From NCBI RefSeq assembly GCF_030028105.1, contig NC_092376.1, positions 85,386,733 through 85,450,732 on the forward strand: DNA of 64,000 bases. The letters run 5' to 3'. The translations under genes and the position numbers were made by a program. The stretch is from Mobula birostris (taxonomy: Eukaryota). Positions 12,260-24,979 of the stretch are shown here, piece after piece; the first letter of the stretch is position 1, and the number at the start of each line of letters is the position of its first letter. The notes beneath the pieces were generated by a model. It made no database searches and was not told the DNA's origin. It worked only from the letters and a program-made list of their open reading frames with translations.

Positions 12260-15200
12260 CAATAAGATAAGGGAAAGTGAGAAGAAGAAAAGTTCAGAAA
12301 GACAGCAGAATCAACAGAGCAGAAAGCTCAGGAAGGGATCGTACAATATGGCCAAGTGAAATAGGAATTGATATGGGACGTGAGGGGAGTAATGAATTAA
12401 AAGTATTATATATGGATGCACGGAGTATAAGATATCAAGTGGATGAGCTTGAGGCTCAGTTGGAAGTTGGTAAGTGTGATGTTGTGGGAATAACAGAGAC
12501 ATGGCTTCAAGCGGACAGGGCCTGCGAAATGAATATTGAAGGATATATGTCCTATCGAAAGGACAGACTGATGGGCAGAGGGGGTGGGGTGGCTCTGTTG
12601 GTGAGGAATGATATTCAGTCCCTTGCGAGGGGGGACATAGAATCAGGAGACGTGGAGTCAGTATGGATAGAACTGAGAAATTCTAAGGGTAGAAAGACCC
12701 TAATGGGAGTTATCTACAGGCCCCCAAACAGTAGTCTGGATGTAGGGTGTAAGTTGAATCAAGAGTTAAAACTGGCATGTCGCAAAGGTAATGCTACAGT
12801 TGTTATGGGGGACTTCAACATGCAGGTAGACTGGAGGAATCAGGTTGGTACTGGACCCCAAGAAAGGAAGTTTGTGGAGTCCCTCCGAGATGGATTCTTA
12901 GAACAGCTTGTACTGGAGCCTACGAGAGAGAACGCAATTCTAGATTTAGTGTTGTGCAATGAACCGGATTTGATCAGGGACCTTGAGGTAAAGGAGCCAT
13001 TAGGAGGTAGTGACCATAATATGATAAGTTTTAATCTACAGTTTGAGAGGGAGAAGGGAAACTCAGAAGTGTCAGTATTACAGTTGAACAAAGGGAACCA
13101 TGGTGCTATGAGGGAGGAGTTGGCCAAAGTTCAATGGAACAATACCCTAGCAGGGATGACAGTGGAACAGCAATGGCAAGTGTTTCTGGGAATAATGCGG
13201 AAGGTGCAGGATCCCTTCATTCCAAAGTGAAAGAAAGATCCTAAGGGGAGTAAGGGGAGGGCGTGGCTGACAAGGGAAGTAATGGACAGTATAAAAATAA
13301 AAGAGAAGAAGTATAACATAGCAAAGACGAGTGGGAAGCCGGAGAATTGGGAAACTTTTAAAGAGCAGTAGAAGGTAACTAAAAAGGCAATACACGGAGA
13401 AAAAATGAGGTACGAAGGTAAACTAGCCAAGAATATAAAGGAGGATAGTAAAAGCTTCTTTAGGTATGTGAAAAGGAAAAAAATAGTTAAGACCAAAATT
13501 GGGCCCTTGAAGACAGAAGCGGGTGAATTTATTATGGGGAACAAGGAAATGGCAGACGAGTTGAACAGGTACTTGGATCTGTCTTCACTAGGGAAGACAC
13601 AAACAATCTCCCAAATGTAATAGTGGCCAAAGGACCTAGGGTATTGGATGAATTGAAGGAAATTTATATTAGGCAGGAAATGGTGTTGAATAGGCTGTTG
13701 GGTCCGAAGGCTGATAAGTCCCCGGGATCGGATGGTCTGCATCCCAGGGTACTTAAGGAGGTAGCTTTAGAAATCGTGGATGCATTGGTAATCATTTTCC
13801 AATGTTCTATAGATTCAGGAACAGTTCCTGTGGATGGGAGGGTGGCTAATGTTGTCCCTCTCTTCAAGAAGGGAGGAAGAGAGAAAACAGGGAATTATAG
13901 ACTGGTTAGCCTGACATCGGTGGTGGGAAAGATGCTGGAGTCAATTATAAAAGATGAAATTATGACACATCTGGATAGTAGTAACAGGATTGGTCCGAGT
14001 CAGCATGGGTTTATGAAGGGGAAATCATGCTTGACTAATCTTCTGGAATTTTTTGGGGATGTAACTACGAAAATGGACAAGGGAGAGCCAGTGGATGTAG
14101 TGTACCTGGACTTTCAGAAAGCCTTTGATAAAGTCCCACATAGGAGATTAGTGGGCAAAATTAGGGCACATGGTATTGGGGTCAGAGTACTGACATGGAT
14201 TGAAAATTGGCTGACTGACAGAAAACAAAGAGTAGTGATTAATGGGTCCCTTTTGGAATGGCAGGCGGTGACCAGTGGGGTACCGCAGGGTTCAGTGCTG
14301 GGACCGCAGCTGTTTACAATATATATTAATGATTTAGATGAGGGAATTAAAAGTAACATTAGCAAATTTGCCGATGACACAAAGCTGGGTGGCAGTGTGA
14401 AATGTGAGGAGTATGTAATGAGAATGCAGGGTGACTTGGACAGGCTGGGTGAGTGGGCAGATGCATGGCAGATGCAGTTTAATGTGGATAAATGTGAGGT
14501 TATCCACTTTGGTGATAAGAACGGGAAGGCAGATTATTATCTAAATGGAGCCAAGTTAGGAAAAGGGGAAGCACAACAAGATCGAGGTGTTCTTGTACAT
14601 CAGTCACTGAAAGCAAGCATGCAAGTACAGCAGGCAGTGAAGAAAGCTAATGGCATGCTGGCCTTCATAACAAGGGGAATTGAGTATAAGAGCAAAGAGG
14701 TCGTTCTGCAGCTGTACAGGGCCCTGGTGAGACCACACCTGGAGTACTGTGTGCAGTTTTGGTCTCCAAATTTGAGGAAGGACATTCTTGCTATTGAGGG
14801 AGTGCAGCATAGGTTCACAAGGTTAATTCCCGGGATGGCAGGACTGTCATATGTCGAAAGATTGGAGCGACTGGGCTTGTATACTCTGGAATTTAGAAGG
14901 CTGAGAGTGGACCTTATTGAAACATATAAGATTATTAAGGGATTGGACATGCTGGAGGCAGGAAACATGTTCCCGCTGATGGGTGGGTCCAGAACCAGAG
15001 GCCACAGTTTAAGAAATAAGGGTAGGCCATTTAGTATGGAGTTGAGGAAAAACTTTTTCACCTAGAGAGTGGTGGATATATGGAATGCTCTGCCCCAGAA
15101 GGCTGTGGAGACCAAGTCTCTGGATGCTTTCAAAAAATGAGATGGATAGAGTTCTTAAAGATTGCGGAATCAAAGGTTATGGGGATAAGGCAGGAACTGG

Positions 15201-15297
15201 ATACTGATTGTGGATGATCAGCCATGATCACAGTGAATGGCAGTGCTGGCTCGAAGGGCCGAATGACCTACTCCTGCACCTATTGTCTATTGTCTAT
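12260..15297 (+). mobile_element. CR1 LINE with near-complete but disrupted ORF2 (APE endonuclease + reverse transcriptase)
   Basis: EN motifs YMDARSI, GITETW, YRPP, MGDFN, LDLVL, SDH; RT motifs YLDFQKAFDKV, GVPQGSVLGP, KFADD; stops at 13228 and 13369, frameshift ~13575, stop 15063; (CTATTGT)n tail 15280-15297. Confidence 0.97.
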
Positions 15298-16160
15298 AAA
15301 GTTGTTTCTCTGCACATGGAGAGTGCCACTGACTTCCTTTATGCATCAATGCACCAGGAACTGCAAAAAGTTTTTGTAATGTCAGCAACTTCCTGGAAAG
15401 AGCCTAATGCATAAAAGCTTACAGTCATGCTTTCTTTTGTTCACAAATCCTTAGTGAAGCACAGATGTCTCATTTGTTCATCATTACCAGTGCATGGTGT
15501 GAAAACACCATCCTAGCATACATGGCTTCTTGATAACTGTCCTTGTTCCTTTCCTGGCAGCTTGTCCCTCTTCACTGTGGCCCCCTTCACATTCTCCTGA
15601 TTATGAGAAAGTCCACCCCAATGTCCATATCACCCATGTCTGAAGGCAAGTGGTTTATACCCAAGCTTTAAAATTAAATAAAAAAATATTAATCACCTGA
15701 TCATGATTAATGAACCTTCTTACAAATATATATAAAAAAGCATGAAAATATAAACTGGAAAAACAACCAGAAGAAATACTTCAGCAACTGGCCTATAAGT
15801 GGTTCATGGTTTGAGAGCGATCACAGCTTCCTCAAGCTGTTTAACATCACTTTGAGCTGTATGAAGTTAAGACAGATCGTAGGCTCCGTGTTAACCTCAT
15901 ACTGTTGCCTTTGATGTTAAACAGTGTTCAATAATGGCAGTACCAGCCCATGACATTCATTGTTCACAGACTGGTGTCAAAATCTGCCAGCTCCATAGGC
16001 TGTTGGTGATTTTGAGATGTACATATCTAAAATCCTTTAACGAAGTGCCATTGTCTTCCCTCACTTATGTGTTGTACTGTTTATGTTCCTGGATTGCATT
16101 CTCATTTGCCAAATAGTTCCGAGAAAACGATTGTCAATGGACACAGTTTAACAGCTCCCT

Positions 16161-16289
16161 TTTCAGACCATATGTGCTCCACCTAACCCACTAGCCGTCT
16201 ACCACACTTTCTGACAATATGTGCTCCACCTAACCCACTAGCCGTCTACCACACTTTCTGACAATATGTGCTCCACCTAACCCACCAGC
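16161..16289. repeat. 47-bp tandem repeat, ~2.7 copies
   Basis: Unit ATATGTGCTCCACCTAACCCACTAGCCGTCTACCACACTTTCTGACA at 16170 and 16217 (identical), partial at 16264. Confidence 0.97.
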
Positions 16290-17689
16290 TGAAACCCCTC
16301 CAGCTCTGTCACCTATACTATTCCTACCTAATTATCTTTAAGCTGCTGTTATGTTGTAATTATCTGAAAGAGTCTGCAGCATCACCCACTGAACAATTAA
16401 GAACAAATCTTATGACTTTGACAGCTCCTCTTGACATTAATAAACAAAAGGAGGAAACAACTAATATCCATAATGCAGTATTTATGATGTCAGCTCATTT
16501 AGAAACCTTTTACAGCCACTGATATATTTTAGGAGTTGGAAAAATAGGATAGGATAGCAAATTTACACACAGAATGTTACCGGGGCAAAACAAAGATGAA
16601 TTTTGTGTTTTTAGTGATGTTAATTGGACCGGATATTGGAAGGCTCCTCTACTCTCAAAAATAACCACAGAAACATTTTTATCACTGAAAGATAATACTT
16701 GGCCTAAATTTTATATTTCATTTGCATGTTGACATCTCTGCCAGCACATCATTCCTAACTATTGCACTGAAATGTCAGCCTCGCTTATGTGCTCAAGGCC
16801 AGGCAGTATGAAACCTCTCAAGTTTTCTAACAAAAGGATGTCAATGTGATTTTGTTTTAAAGTAATGGACATTATAAAAATTTTCAAAGTTTTAGATAAC
16901 ATTGGGGTTCAAATGCTTACTTTGCTTCTCAAGATTTTTGCATGATTTTTATCATCTGGTCCCTTTAATTGGATTATTTTCTCTTTTATATGTGATGAAC
17001 TTCTAGTTAAAAGACTTGCTCTTGAAGGCTGGAAACCTTTGTTTCACTTCTAAATAATGTTCAGAATGTTGCAGTGTTGGTTGAGACCATTTGCACAATT
17101 TGCAGCATCATTCTTGTTTAAAAATAACAATACTTCAAAGCACGGGAATTTTTCAGAGAAAGTCAAGTGGCATCTCATTTTCTCTCTGGATGAGATAGAT
17201 TACATTGGTATATAGTGGATAAGAACCCAATTTCCATGCAGGATTAATCAGGTTTTAAACTTATTATGGCTACAATATAAATCTATATGTCATTTTCGTA
17301 CAGAAGGCAATGCTATTAGTGCTCAAATAACTGGAAGCATGGAGTTCCAGAAATGTAATAAGGACTTCAAACTCAGGCCTATTGCTTTATCACCAAAGTA
17401 ATTAAAATTCAACAGGACAACTGTGAAAGCTGTCCTGTTCTGTGAAACTTATTGAAGAAAAAGAAAGGTCAAGGGAAACATATTGAGTATTTGATTGTAT
17501 AATGAGTTTGGAGTCAGAATTGCGCACTGATCTAATATCCAATACTGCAGTCCAAATAGCCAATTTATACCTTAGAATGATGGTGTAGGTCAGATAAAAA
17601 AGAGAATGAAAAGAATGGCAAATGGTAAAAAATGTGGAAAAATCATCTGACTCCCTGACCTCTTTATCTGAACTCTGGTCAAACGTGAC

Positions 17690-18600
17690 CCTAGGTCCTC
17701 TGTGCCTGTCACACCCCACTCCAAAATTTTTTGGCAAGAGAGTGTAACATTGTTCCAGCAGTCCCAGGGTCTTGGTTAACAATGGTCTTTGCAACAGCAG
17801 GCCTATGAGCTAAACAATTGTTGGTACACTACAAAAAGACCATTTAGTGCTTTTTTGCTGCACTGGTATTTCTGGGCAAGATTTCTTTGTCTCCAGTTCA
17901 TTTGTGGTAACTCTATTATTGCTACCTCCTCCTGCAAGAAAAGGTGATGTGCGTCAGTGACTAACCTGCCAGGGTCAGAGAGCTGTCAGCATTGGCAAGC
18001 TGTGTACTGTGATTATAAGGCTGTCATAATGGTAAATATGTGGGTCTTCGACAAGCTTGAGCACAGATAGTACTGTTTGCTGGGTCTTATAATGCAGTGA
18101 GGTGACCACAGGATAAAACCTTTTGGTAGCTGGCATTTGAAGATGAATTCTTTGACAATGTCACCTCTTGTGAAAATGTCACCTCCTTCCTACACTATAT
18201 CGATGTACTTAGAATGATTCTCCTTGCACTGACTTCAACCAGATTTATTCCCAGTATCTGTTCAGCATCCATCCACCGAGTCTTCGCCAGCCTTGTAACA
18301 GAGGATATAAGAAATCATTCTTCATATCTACCTCTGCAATGAAGGCCTATTTGTGCAGTGTCTGAAATCCTTATTCTCTACTTTTATTCAAGTTCACCAG
18401 TCCTTCAAGCATCAAATTCAGTTTTCAACAGATCACAACTACTTTTTGCTGCTATAAAGTACTCTCTATCTATAACTGCTAACCACCTGTGGTGTTAAGG
18501 TACCTTACTGATGTTGGCAGGCAATACATTATCTATATGCAGTGATCACCATAAAGCATCGAACAGCAGAAGTTTGCTCTGGTACATGCACTTCAGTGAA
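17690..18600 (-). mobile_element. Probable Gypsy/Ty3 pol fossil (RT, RNase H, integrase N-terminus)
   Basis: Collinear degenerate motifs on minus: HIDNVL (18525-18539, YxDD-like), GLVNLNKS (18380-18403), LTAL*DPANSTI (18066-18101), LANADSS (~17980-17999), LAKKFWSG (17715-17738). Confidence 0.45.
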
Positions 18601-18631
18601 TGATGACTTAATTATAACAACTCTTTTGTTA

Positions 18632-18866
18632 TAAAAGGGTGGTAAATCTGTGGAATTTGTTGCCATGAGCAGCTGTGGAGGCCAAGTCATGGGGTGCATT
18701 TAAGGCAGAGGTAGATAAGTTCTTGATTAGCCAGGGCATCAGAGGGTATGGGGAGAAGGCAGGGGAGTGGGGATGACTGGAAGAATTGGATCAGCCCATG
18801 ATTGAATGGTGGAGCAGACTCAACGGGCCAAATAGCCTACTTCTGCTCCTATGTCTTATGGTCTTT
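18632..18866 (+). mobile_element. CR1 3' fragment
   Basis: RVVNLWNLLP coding end; CCTACTTCTGCTCCTATGTCTTATGGTCTT tail. Confidence 0.9.
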
Positions 18867-19260
18867 TATTACGGAAATGAACAACTTACACCAATAGTAA
18901 ACATCGTATGTCTTGAAATGTAGACTGGTGTTTCAAATACTTTGACACATGAACAAACATGGATTTTGGAACTATAGTCTTAGACTTATTCCACACAAAG
19001 AAATGTGTACCATCATGGTGCCGTGCAGTAGAACTGTTACTGCTGAATCTCAAGCCACAGTGAATTGATACCTATAGACTCTCTGGTTTAAGGTCACTGT
19101 TAGTCATAACGTAATAGAACAATCTTGTCGGCCTCCGGTATTATCATGTTGGAGGCTGCAATTTCACAGAGACTCCTTTCTTCCCTTACTTCTTTTACCC
19201 AATGACACTGGTAAAGGTGTTACAAGATGTTGGTTTAGCAAATGTGTGCCATGTAAACAA

Positions 19261-19782
19261 TGTCTGTCTGTCTGGGTACCATATCCGATGTGGACTTTAG
19301 TGACCATGGTTTTCCATATAGATCTATCCTTCATTTTTTGGATGACTTCCATTTCCTCGATGTGTAGGCACCTGGCTATGCTTTTGATGTACATAAACCA
19401 AGGTCTTCCTCTAGGTTTGTTCCCCTCAATCTTTCCAGAGAGTATGAGTTTTTCTAGTTCATCTTTCCGCATGATGTGTCCAAGGAATCTGAGTTGTCTT
19501 TCTCTTCTTGTTGCTATGAGTGATCGAACTGCTTGGGCTCTTCTGAGAACTTCTTCATTTGATGTGTGTGAGGTCCATGATATTTTTAACATTCTCCTGT
19601 AGAACCATAATTCAGCTGCTTCTAGTCTCTTTTCCATTGCTGGGGAAACGGTCCAACATTCACTTCCATAAGTCAGGGTAGAATAAATATAGCATTGCAG
19701 TGTTCTGTTTTTAGTGTACGTGCTCATCTTTCTGTCTGTTAATATGGTCTTCATTTTTTGGAAAGCTTCTTTTGCCATTGCA
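19261..19782 (-). mobile_element. RTE-clade LINE 3' fragment (ORF C-terminus open)
   Basis: LTYGSECWT, FYRRMLKISW, QLRFLGHIMR, GKIEG..PRGRP; (CAGA)n tail at 19261-19274. Confidence 0.9.
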
Positions 19783-21171
19783 TGATATGCAAACAATATC
19801 AGCATAAATAACCTTATATGTTTTTTCATCATTCTCTGTTCCTTCCATTTGTTCTGACAAAGTTGTAATTTTTCACCCCTTCAAATGGCTATGAACTAAA
19901 ATAATCTCATGCACAATGTCCATGAATGACATATCCTTGACGGTTTGTTAGACTACCAAACATGTAGATGTGCAACACCTTTCTTCAGTAACACAATAAC
20001 TTGCTTTGTGTAGCAATGTTTTGTTTTGGTGCAGCATTTTCAACATAAAGCTCTACTTCTAAGATATAAGTTGCAGAAAGAAAATTTCCATTTTCTCTTC
20101 TGTGGCAGGTTGGCAAGTTAACTGACAACTGGAAACTGCTGCTGACATGTCAGTGAGCTGCTGAGAGCTGGCAGGAGTTGAGGGGAATTTGAGAGAAGAA
20201 AATGAGATTAGTAGAGAATTACTGTAGCATGTTGTTTGACTGGCTGAGGTCCTCCAGCAAATTGTTGAAGTATTTGCACAAATGCATGTTTCACAGTTGG
20301 TGCAGACTTGGAGAACTCAGACTTGGAGAACCTGTCTTTAGGCTGCAATATATCTACAACTTTATGACTGTGTGAAAGATTGTGAGAAGTTTAAGGTTCA
20401 ATCTCAAACTCTTTTTACTTGATGACCAAAGGCAATGCTGATGGCAGGTAGGATAGCAGTCAGGAGCAGGGCGGCAGCACAGCTCGGATTGGGTTGTAGA
20501 AGCAGGACCGGGATGGGAGTCACGGTGCAGGCTGCTGCAGAGTTGGGCATGAGGGTCAAATGGAAGAATGAGAGTGATAAAAGGAGACAGTTGTGGGCAA
20601 AGGCTGGAGGGTGTCAGTACAGTGCGGGGGGGGGGGCTTCAGTGTAGGTGAGAGTGGGGAGAAAGAATGAGGCTGGATTAGCGGACAGAATGAGAATATG
20701 AAGTTAGGGGGCAATGGAAGAACGTTTAAAGAGATTCGGGGAGAGTTGAAAGGGAAGGTTCAACAGGAATGAAGGTGATAAAAGGAGCTGAGGAGGCAAG
20801 GAGAAGGCAGTGAGTGAGGGACTTGTGCTGATAATCTGTCTGTGTTTGTGTGCATTTGCATATGAGAGAAGAAGAGTCAGTTTGTGATAAATATTCTATT
20901 TAGTAAAACTTCAGGAACCACAGGAGCTTTCAGACTACGTGCTTACTGTGCACTGAAGACTGACAACTAAATGCCACGTGTTTGCATTATATCAGTAATT
21001 ACAATACTGTCACAGACACTTGACTCATTTACATACCTATATTCAAATATATGTACCACAATCTTTACTGCTATGAATTTTAAACTTCAACTCATTCCTG
21101 CAGTACCTCAGAAGCTTACAGTACACAGCTGAATTGTTAACTACAGTCCCAGAAAGAAGTATTTTAAAAAT

Positions 21172-21419
21172 ATTTATTTAATGGTGCAGCACAGTAACAG
21201 GCCCCCTGAGGCCCAACAGGCCCATGCTACCTAATTAAACTCATGACCAATTAACCTATTTAAACCTTATGCCTTTGGAATGTAGGAGGAAACCAGAGCA
21301 CCTGGAGGAAACCCTTGCGGTCACAGGCAGAACGGACAAACTTTTACAGACTGTGGTAGAAATGAACATGGGTCACCGTCGCTGTAAAGTGTTACACTAA
21401 CCACCACACTAGCATGCCA
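21172..21419 (-). mobile_element. tRNA-derived V-SINE/HE1-like SINE
   Basis: Antisense V-domain core GGTTTCCTCCAGGTGCTCTGGTTTCCTCC; tRNA-like head at right end; (AAAT)n tail at left. Confidence 0.85.
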
Positions 21420-21474
21420 GCCCTTGAAAACCAGAAAGGACAATTTTTTTCCTCTGGCTGTACTAACAAATTAG

Positions 21475-22472
21475 AAATGGAGGCTCCCCACCACCCAACC
21501 CACCCCCATTCTAACCAATTTCGAAAGGTACACCATCAGGAAGGTCCTGACCAGCTGCATCACAATCTGGTATATGAATTGCAAGGCATCTAACCTCAAG
21601 TCGTTCCAAAGGATAGTGAGGTCTGCTGAGAGGATCATTGGGATCTGTCTTTGACCTTCAAAGATACTTATCCACTGTGTTGCATACACAGGGCCCTTAG
21701 CGTTGTTGATGATTCATCCATCAATCTCGTTGACCCCCCTCCCCACCATCAGACAGGAGGTACCATAGCATTAGGACAAGAATGGTTAGGATGGGAAACA
21801 GCTTCTTCCCCAGGCCATAATACTCTGGACTCACTGCCACTCATATCCAGGTGCCAATGTGTACGAAGCTCAGTGGTGTTTACTTTTTAACCATGTCGTA
21901 ATTACAATTTGTTATCTGTTAATTTATTTGTGGTACTTCTCTGTAGATTGTCACCTTGTCGTGGTGGAGAAGCTTGTGTGGCCCTGGAATCCCGAGAGCG
22001 ATGCCGTCTGGAGCTATGCTCCTGGCAGGGTCACCCATGGTGGTAAGGTCAAGGGTGAGGTCCCTGACAAAGAACAATCCAACCAAGACCTCAACGGAAG
22101 AAAAGGTGGATGAAGTTACTTCGAACTCAACAGTTATGAAGGCGGATGAAGGCTGCAACAAATCCATCAGCTCCAATTGTCGTTGTTTCCATAAGTTGGT
22201 TGATTTGCGAAGTATCATGGCTTCTTGGAGTGCAACATCAGGTACATGTTAAACAAAAACACACACAGGCGTCTTCGCTCTGTGGGCCACTTCTTCAGAA
22301 CGAAGATCATCATCCTCGACCTTGAGGGATAGCCACGACGATTTGTGGCAATATTAATTTTTTTATTGTGTGTGTGAGAGTTATATGTATATTGTGCACC
22401 TTGGTCCGGGGAACATTGTTTTCTTCAGTGGTACATGTGTATGGTTGAATGACAGTAAACTTGAACTTGAAC
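21475..22472 (+). mobile_element. Rex-Babar-like LINE 3' fragment, split by an RTE-derived insertion
   Basis: LTSCITIWY..C, ..FFPQA motifs; 3' UTR continues across the insertion and ends AAACTTGAACTTGAA; homologous to 24260-24842. Confidence 0.85.
21936..22340 (+). mobile_element. Non-autonomous RTE-derived (Expander/Rex3-like 5' UTR) bipartite element
   Basis: Head TGTCACCTTGTCGTGGTGGAG...CCTGGCAGGGTCACCCATGG typical of RTE 5' UTRs; (ACG)n tail; TSD ATTTGTGG at 21926-21933 and 22341-22348. Confidence 0.8.
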
Positions 22473-22640
22473 GCTGGAGGAACTCAGCCAGCATCTATGC
22501 TGGAGAATAAACAGTCACCTTCCTCCAGCATTTTGTCTGTCTTGCTTTTACTCCCCTCCATAGATGCTGCCTGAGTTGCTGAGTTCCTCCAGCATTTTGT
22601 GTGTGTTGCTCAAGGTTTACTGTATCTGCAGAATCTTTCA
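22472..22640. mobile_element. Penelope pseudo-LTR fragments in inverted arrangement
   Basis: GCTGGAGGAACTCAGC...AGCATCTATG and its reverse complement CATAGATGCTG...GCTGAGTTCCTCCAGC. Confidence 0.7.
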
Positions 22641-23384
22641 TTTAAAAATGGACTCACACAGTGATTCGCTCAGTCTATTTGTTCCACAAGCACACAGTTG
22701 CCTTGTAAAATTGGCCATTAAAACTTTTTCATAAACCATCACTCTCATTGTTGTGCTAATTGAAATTGGGCAGGGGTGACAATAACTCATACAAGAAGAC
22801 ATCAGATAATAAAGTTCTGCTGAAGAAAACTGGCCAGGATTACTGAGCCTAATGACTTATGAAACTATGGTAGTAGGAGAACTAAGAGTGACTCCACCGG
22901 ACGTAGTTACAATCACACTTATAGCTGATTAGCCCAGCTACATCATTTGTAAATTTAATTTATGAATCATTGGACAAGCAGCAGAATCTTCAAATTCCAT
23001 CATCAACTGAAACAACCAAAATACTTTGTATTTATACAATAATTTGCATTTCTGCAGTAAACCTCTTAAGACATTTTGCAGATGCATGTTCAAATACAAT
23101 TTGCAACAGAAGGATAAGTTAAGACAGAAACTTCCTCAATGAGGAATTTTTTAGGGATTTGTTAAGGTTAGAAATAGAGGTAGAAATGATAGATGGGAAA
23201 TTCCAAAGCCTGGCAGCTCAAGACATGACAACCAATGCAGGAGCAACTAAAACTGTAGATGCTCAAGGGGGCATAATTGGAGGGGTTGTAGTATTGTCTG
23301 AGAATATAGAGGTAGGAAGGGGCAAGAATTGTACAACTAGATTCAGATCAAACCAAATTATCAAGTTTACTCATGACACATGAA

Positions 23385-24842
23385 CTTGCAGATGAGGTTC
23401 TAACAGACATTTTCAACATCTCTCTGCCCCAGCCGGCTCCAAGGTGGCCACCATCATTCCAGTGCCCAAGAGAGTGACAGCAAGTTACTGCTGCCCAGTG
23501 GCACTGACTTCAATAGTATTGAAGAGCTTTGTGTGCCTGGTTATGGATTGCATTAAAACCCATCTTCCTGCTACATTGGACCCTTTCCAGTTTGCTTATT
23601 GCTTATTGCTTAGTTCACTGATGATGCTAGAACCTCCGCACTCCATTCCATCCTGTCTCATCCTGAAGATGGTGCCTCGTATACCAGGATACTGTCTATT
23701 GACCTTAGCTGGGTGGTTAATATGATCATCCCTCAGAAGCCAATGAGTGAACTATCCTTTTTGCATCTCCACACCTCTCTCTGTAACTGGATTCTGGATT
23801 TCCCAACAGAAACCCCACAATCAATCCGTGTTCACAGAAACATTTCTAGCTCTGTCACACTGAGAACGGTGCTCCCCAGGGCTTTGTACTCAGCCCACAG
23901 CTGTCCACGCTTCTGATGCATAACTGTACGTCTAAATCCAGTTCAAACTGAATCATCAAGTTCGCTGATGTTACTACAGCAGTTGGCCTCAATAACAACA
24001 ATGAAAGAATGTACACAGAGAGGGGAGAGTGGCTGGTAGAATGGTGTGAAAACAACAACTTGAGTCTCAACGTGGAAAAGACTAAAGAGATGATTGTCAA
24101 CTTTAGGAAGGTACAAGCTGACCACTTCTCACTGCATGAGCACGGAGTCAGGAGCACCAAGTTTCTTAGAGTGCACATCACAGAGATCTCACATAGTCCC
24201 TCAACAGCAACTCTTTGTTCAAGAAAGCACAGCTGCATCTCCACTTTATGAGGTGATTGAGGCGAATGAGGCTCCCCTCCCCCCAATCCCTAACTTTAAC
24301 CAGTTTTTACAGGAGCCCCATCGAGAGTGTCTGTTCCAGCTGTTACACTATCTGGTATGGAAATTGCAAGGCATCTGATCTCAAGTACCTACAAATGATT
24401 ATGAAGACTGCTGAGAGGATCATCAGGGTCTCTCTTCCACCCATCAGAATGCTGAGTATGCAGAGCTCTTATCATTGTCAATGATCTACCCATCCATCCA
24501 ACAATCTCTTTGATGCCCTACCATCAGGCAGGAGGTACCATAGTATTAGAACATGAACGATTGGGGTCAGAAATAGATTCTTCCCTCAGGCTGTGAGACT
24601 ACTGAACTCCCAGCCACTACCCAGGTCTCATCTTGAATGAAGGCAGCAGTAGGGATATTTTGTTTACATTTTAACTTATATCATAAACACAGCTTATTAT
24701 TTGTTACATCATTTGTGGTCATCTCACTTTATATGTTGTGTGTGAGTTATATGTACTGTGTTGCGCACCCTGGTCCGGAGGAACGTGGTCCGTTTGGTGG
24801 AATACTTGTGTATAGTCGAATGACAATAAACTTGAGCTTGAA
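23385..24842 (+). mobile_element. Rex-Babar-like LINE RT/3' fragment, decayed
   Basis: [48 protein letters not shown]; AATAAACTTGAGCTTGAA tail. Confidence 0.9.
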
Positions 24843-24979
24843 TGAGAATCTTACGATTAGGACTTTGTTTAAGGGGAGACAATGTAGTTCAGTGAACACG
24901 AAGTTCCTCCAGCATTTTGTGTCTGTTGATGAGATCATCACAGTTTATTCTAATCCATAACTGTCTTAGCTATTATGAT

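Noticed and set aside
13131-15061. Several long minus-strand ORFs (e.g. 203 aa, 153 aa)
   Set aside because: Antisense shadows of CR1 ORF2; the same applies to minus ORFs over the other LINEs.
13623-15065. 480-aa RT ORF as a domesticated gene or retron/DGR-like system
   Set aside because: It is a segment of a disrupted CR1 ORF2 bounded by a frameshift and a premature stop, followed by an ordinary CR1 tail.
16161-16289. Direct repeats as a possible CRISPR array
   Set aside because: Units are contiguous and identical with no unique spacers, there are no cas genes, and the context is eukaryotic.
20435-20830. G-rich tract with 70-aa ORF and poly-G
   Set aside because: Low-complexity purine-rich sequence; no recognisable product or clear periodicity.
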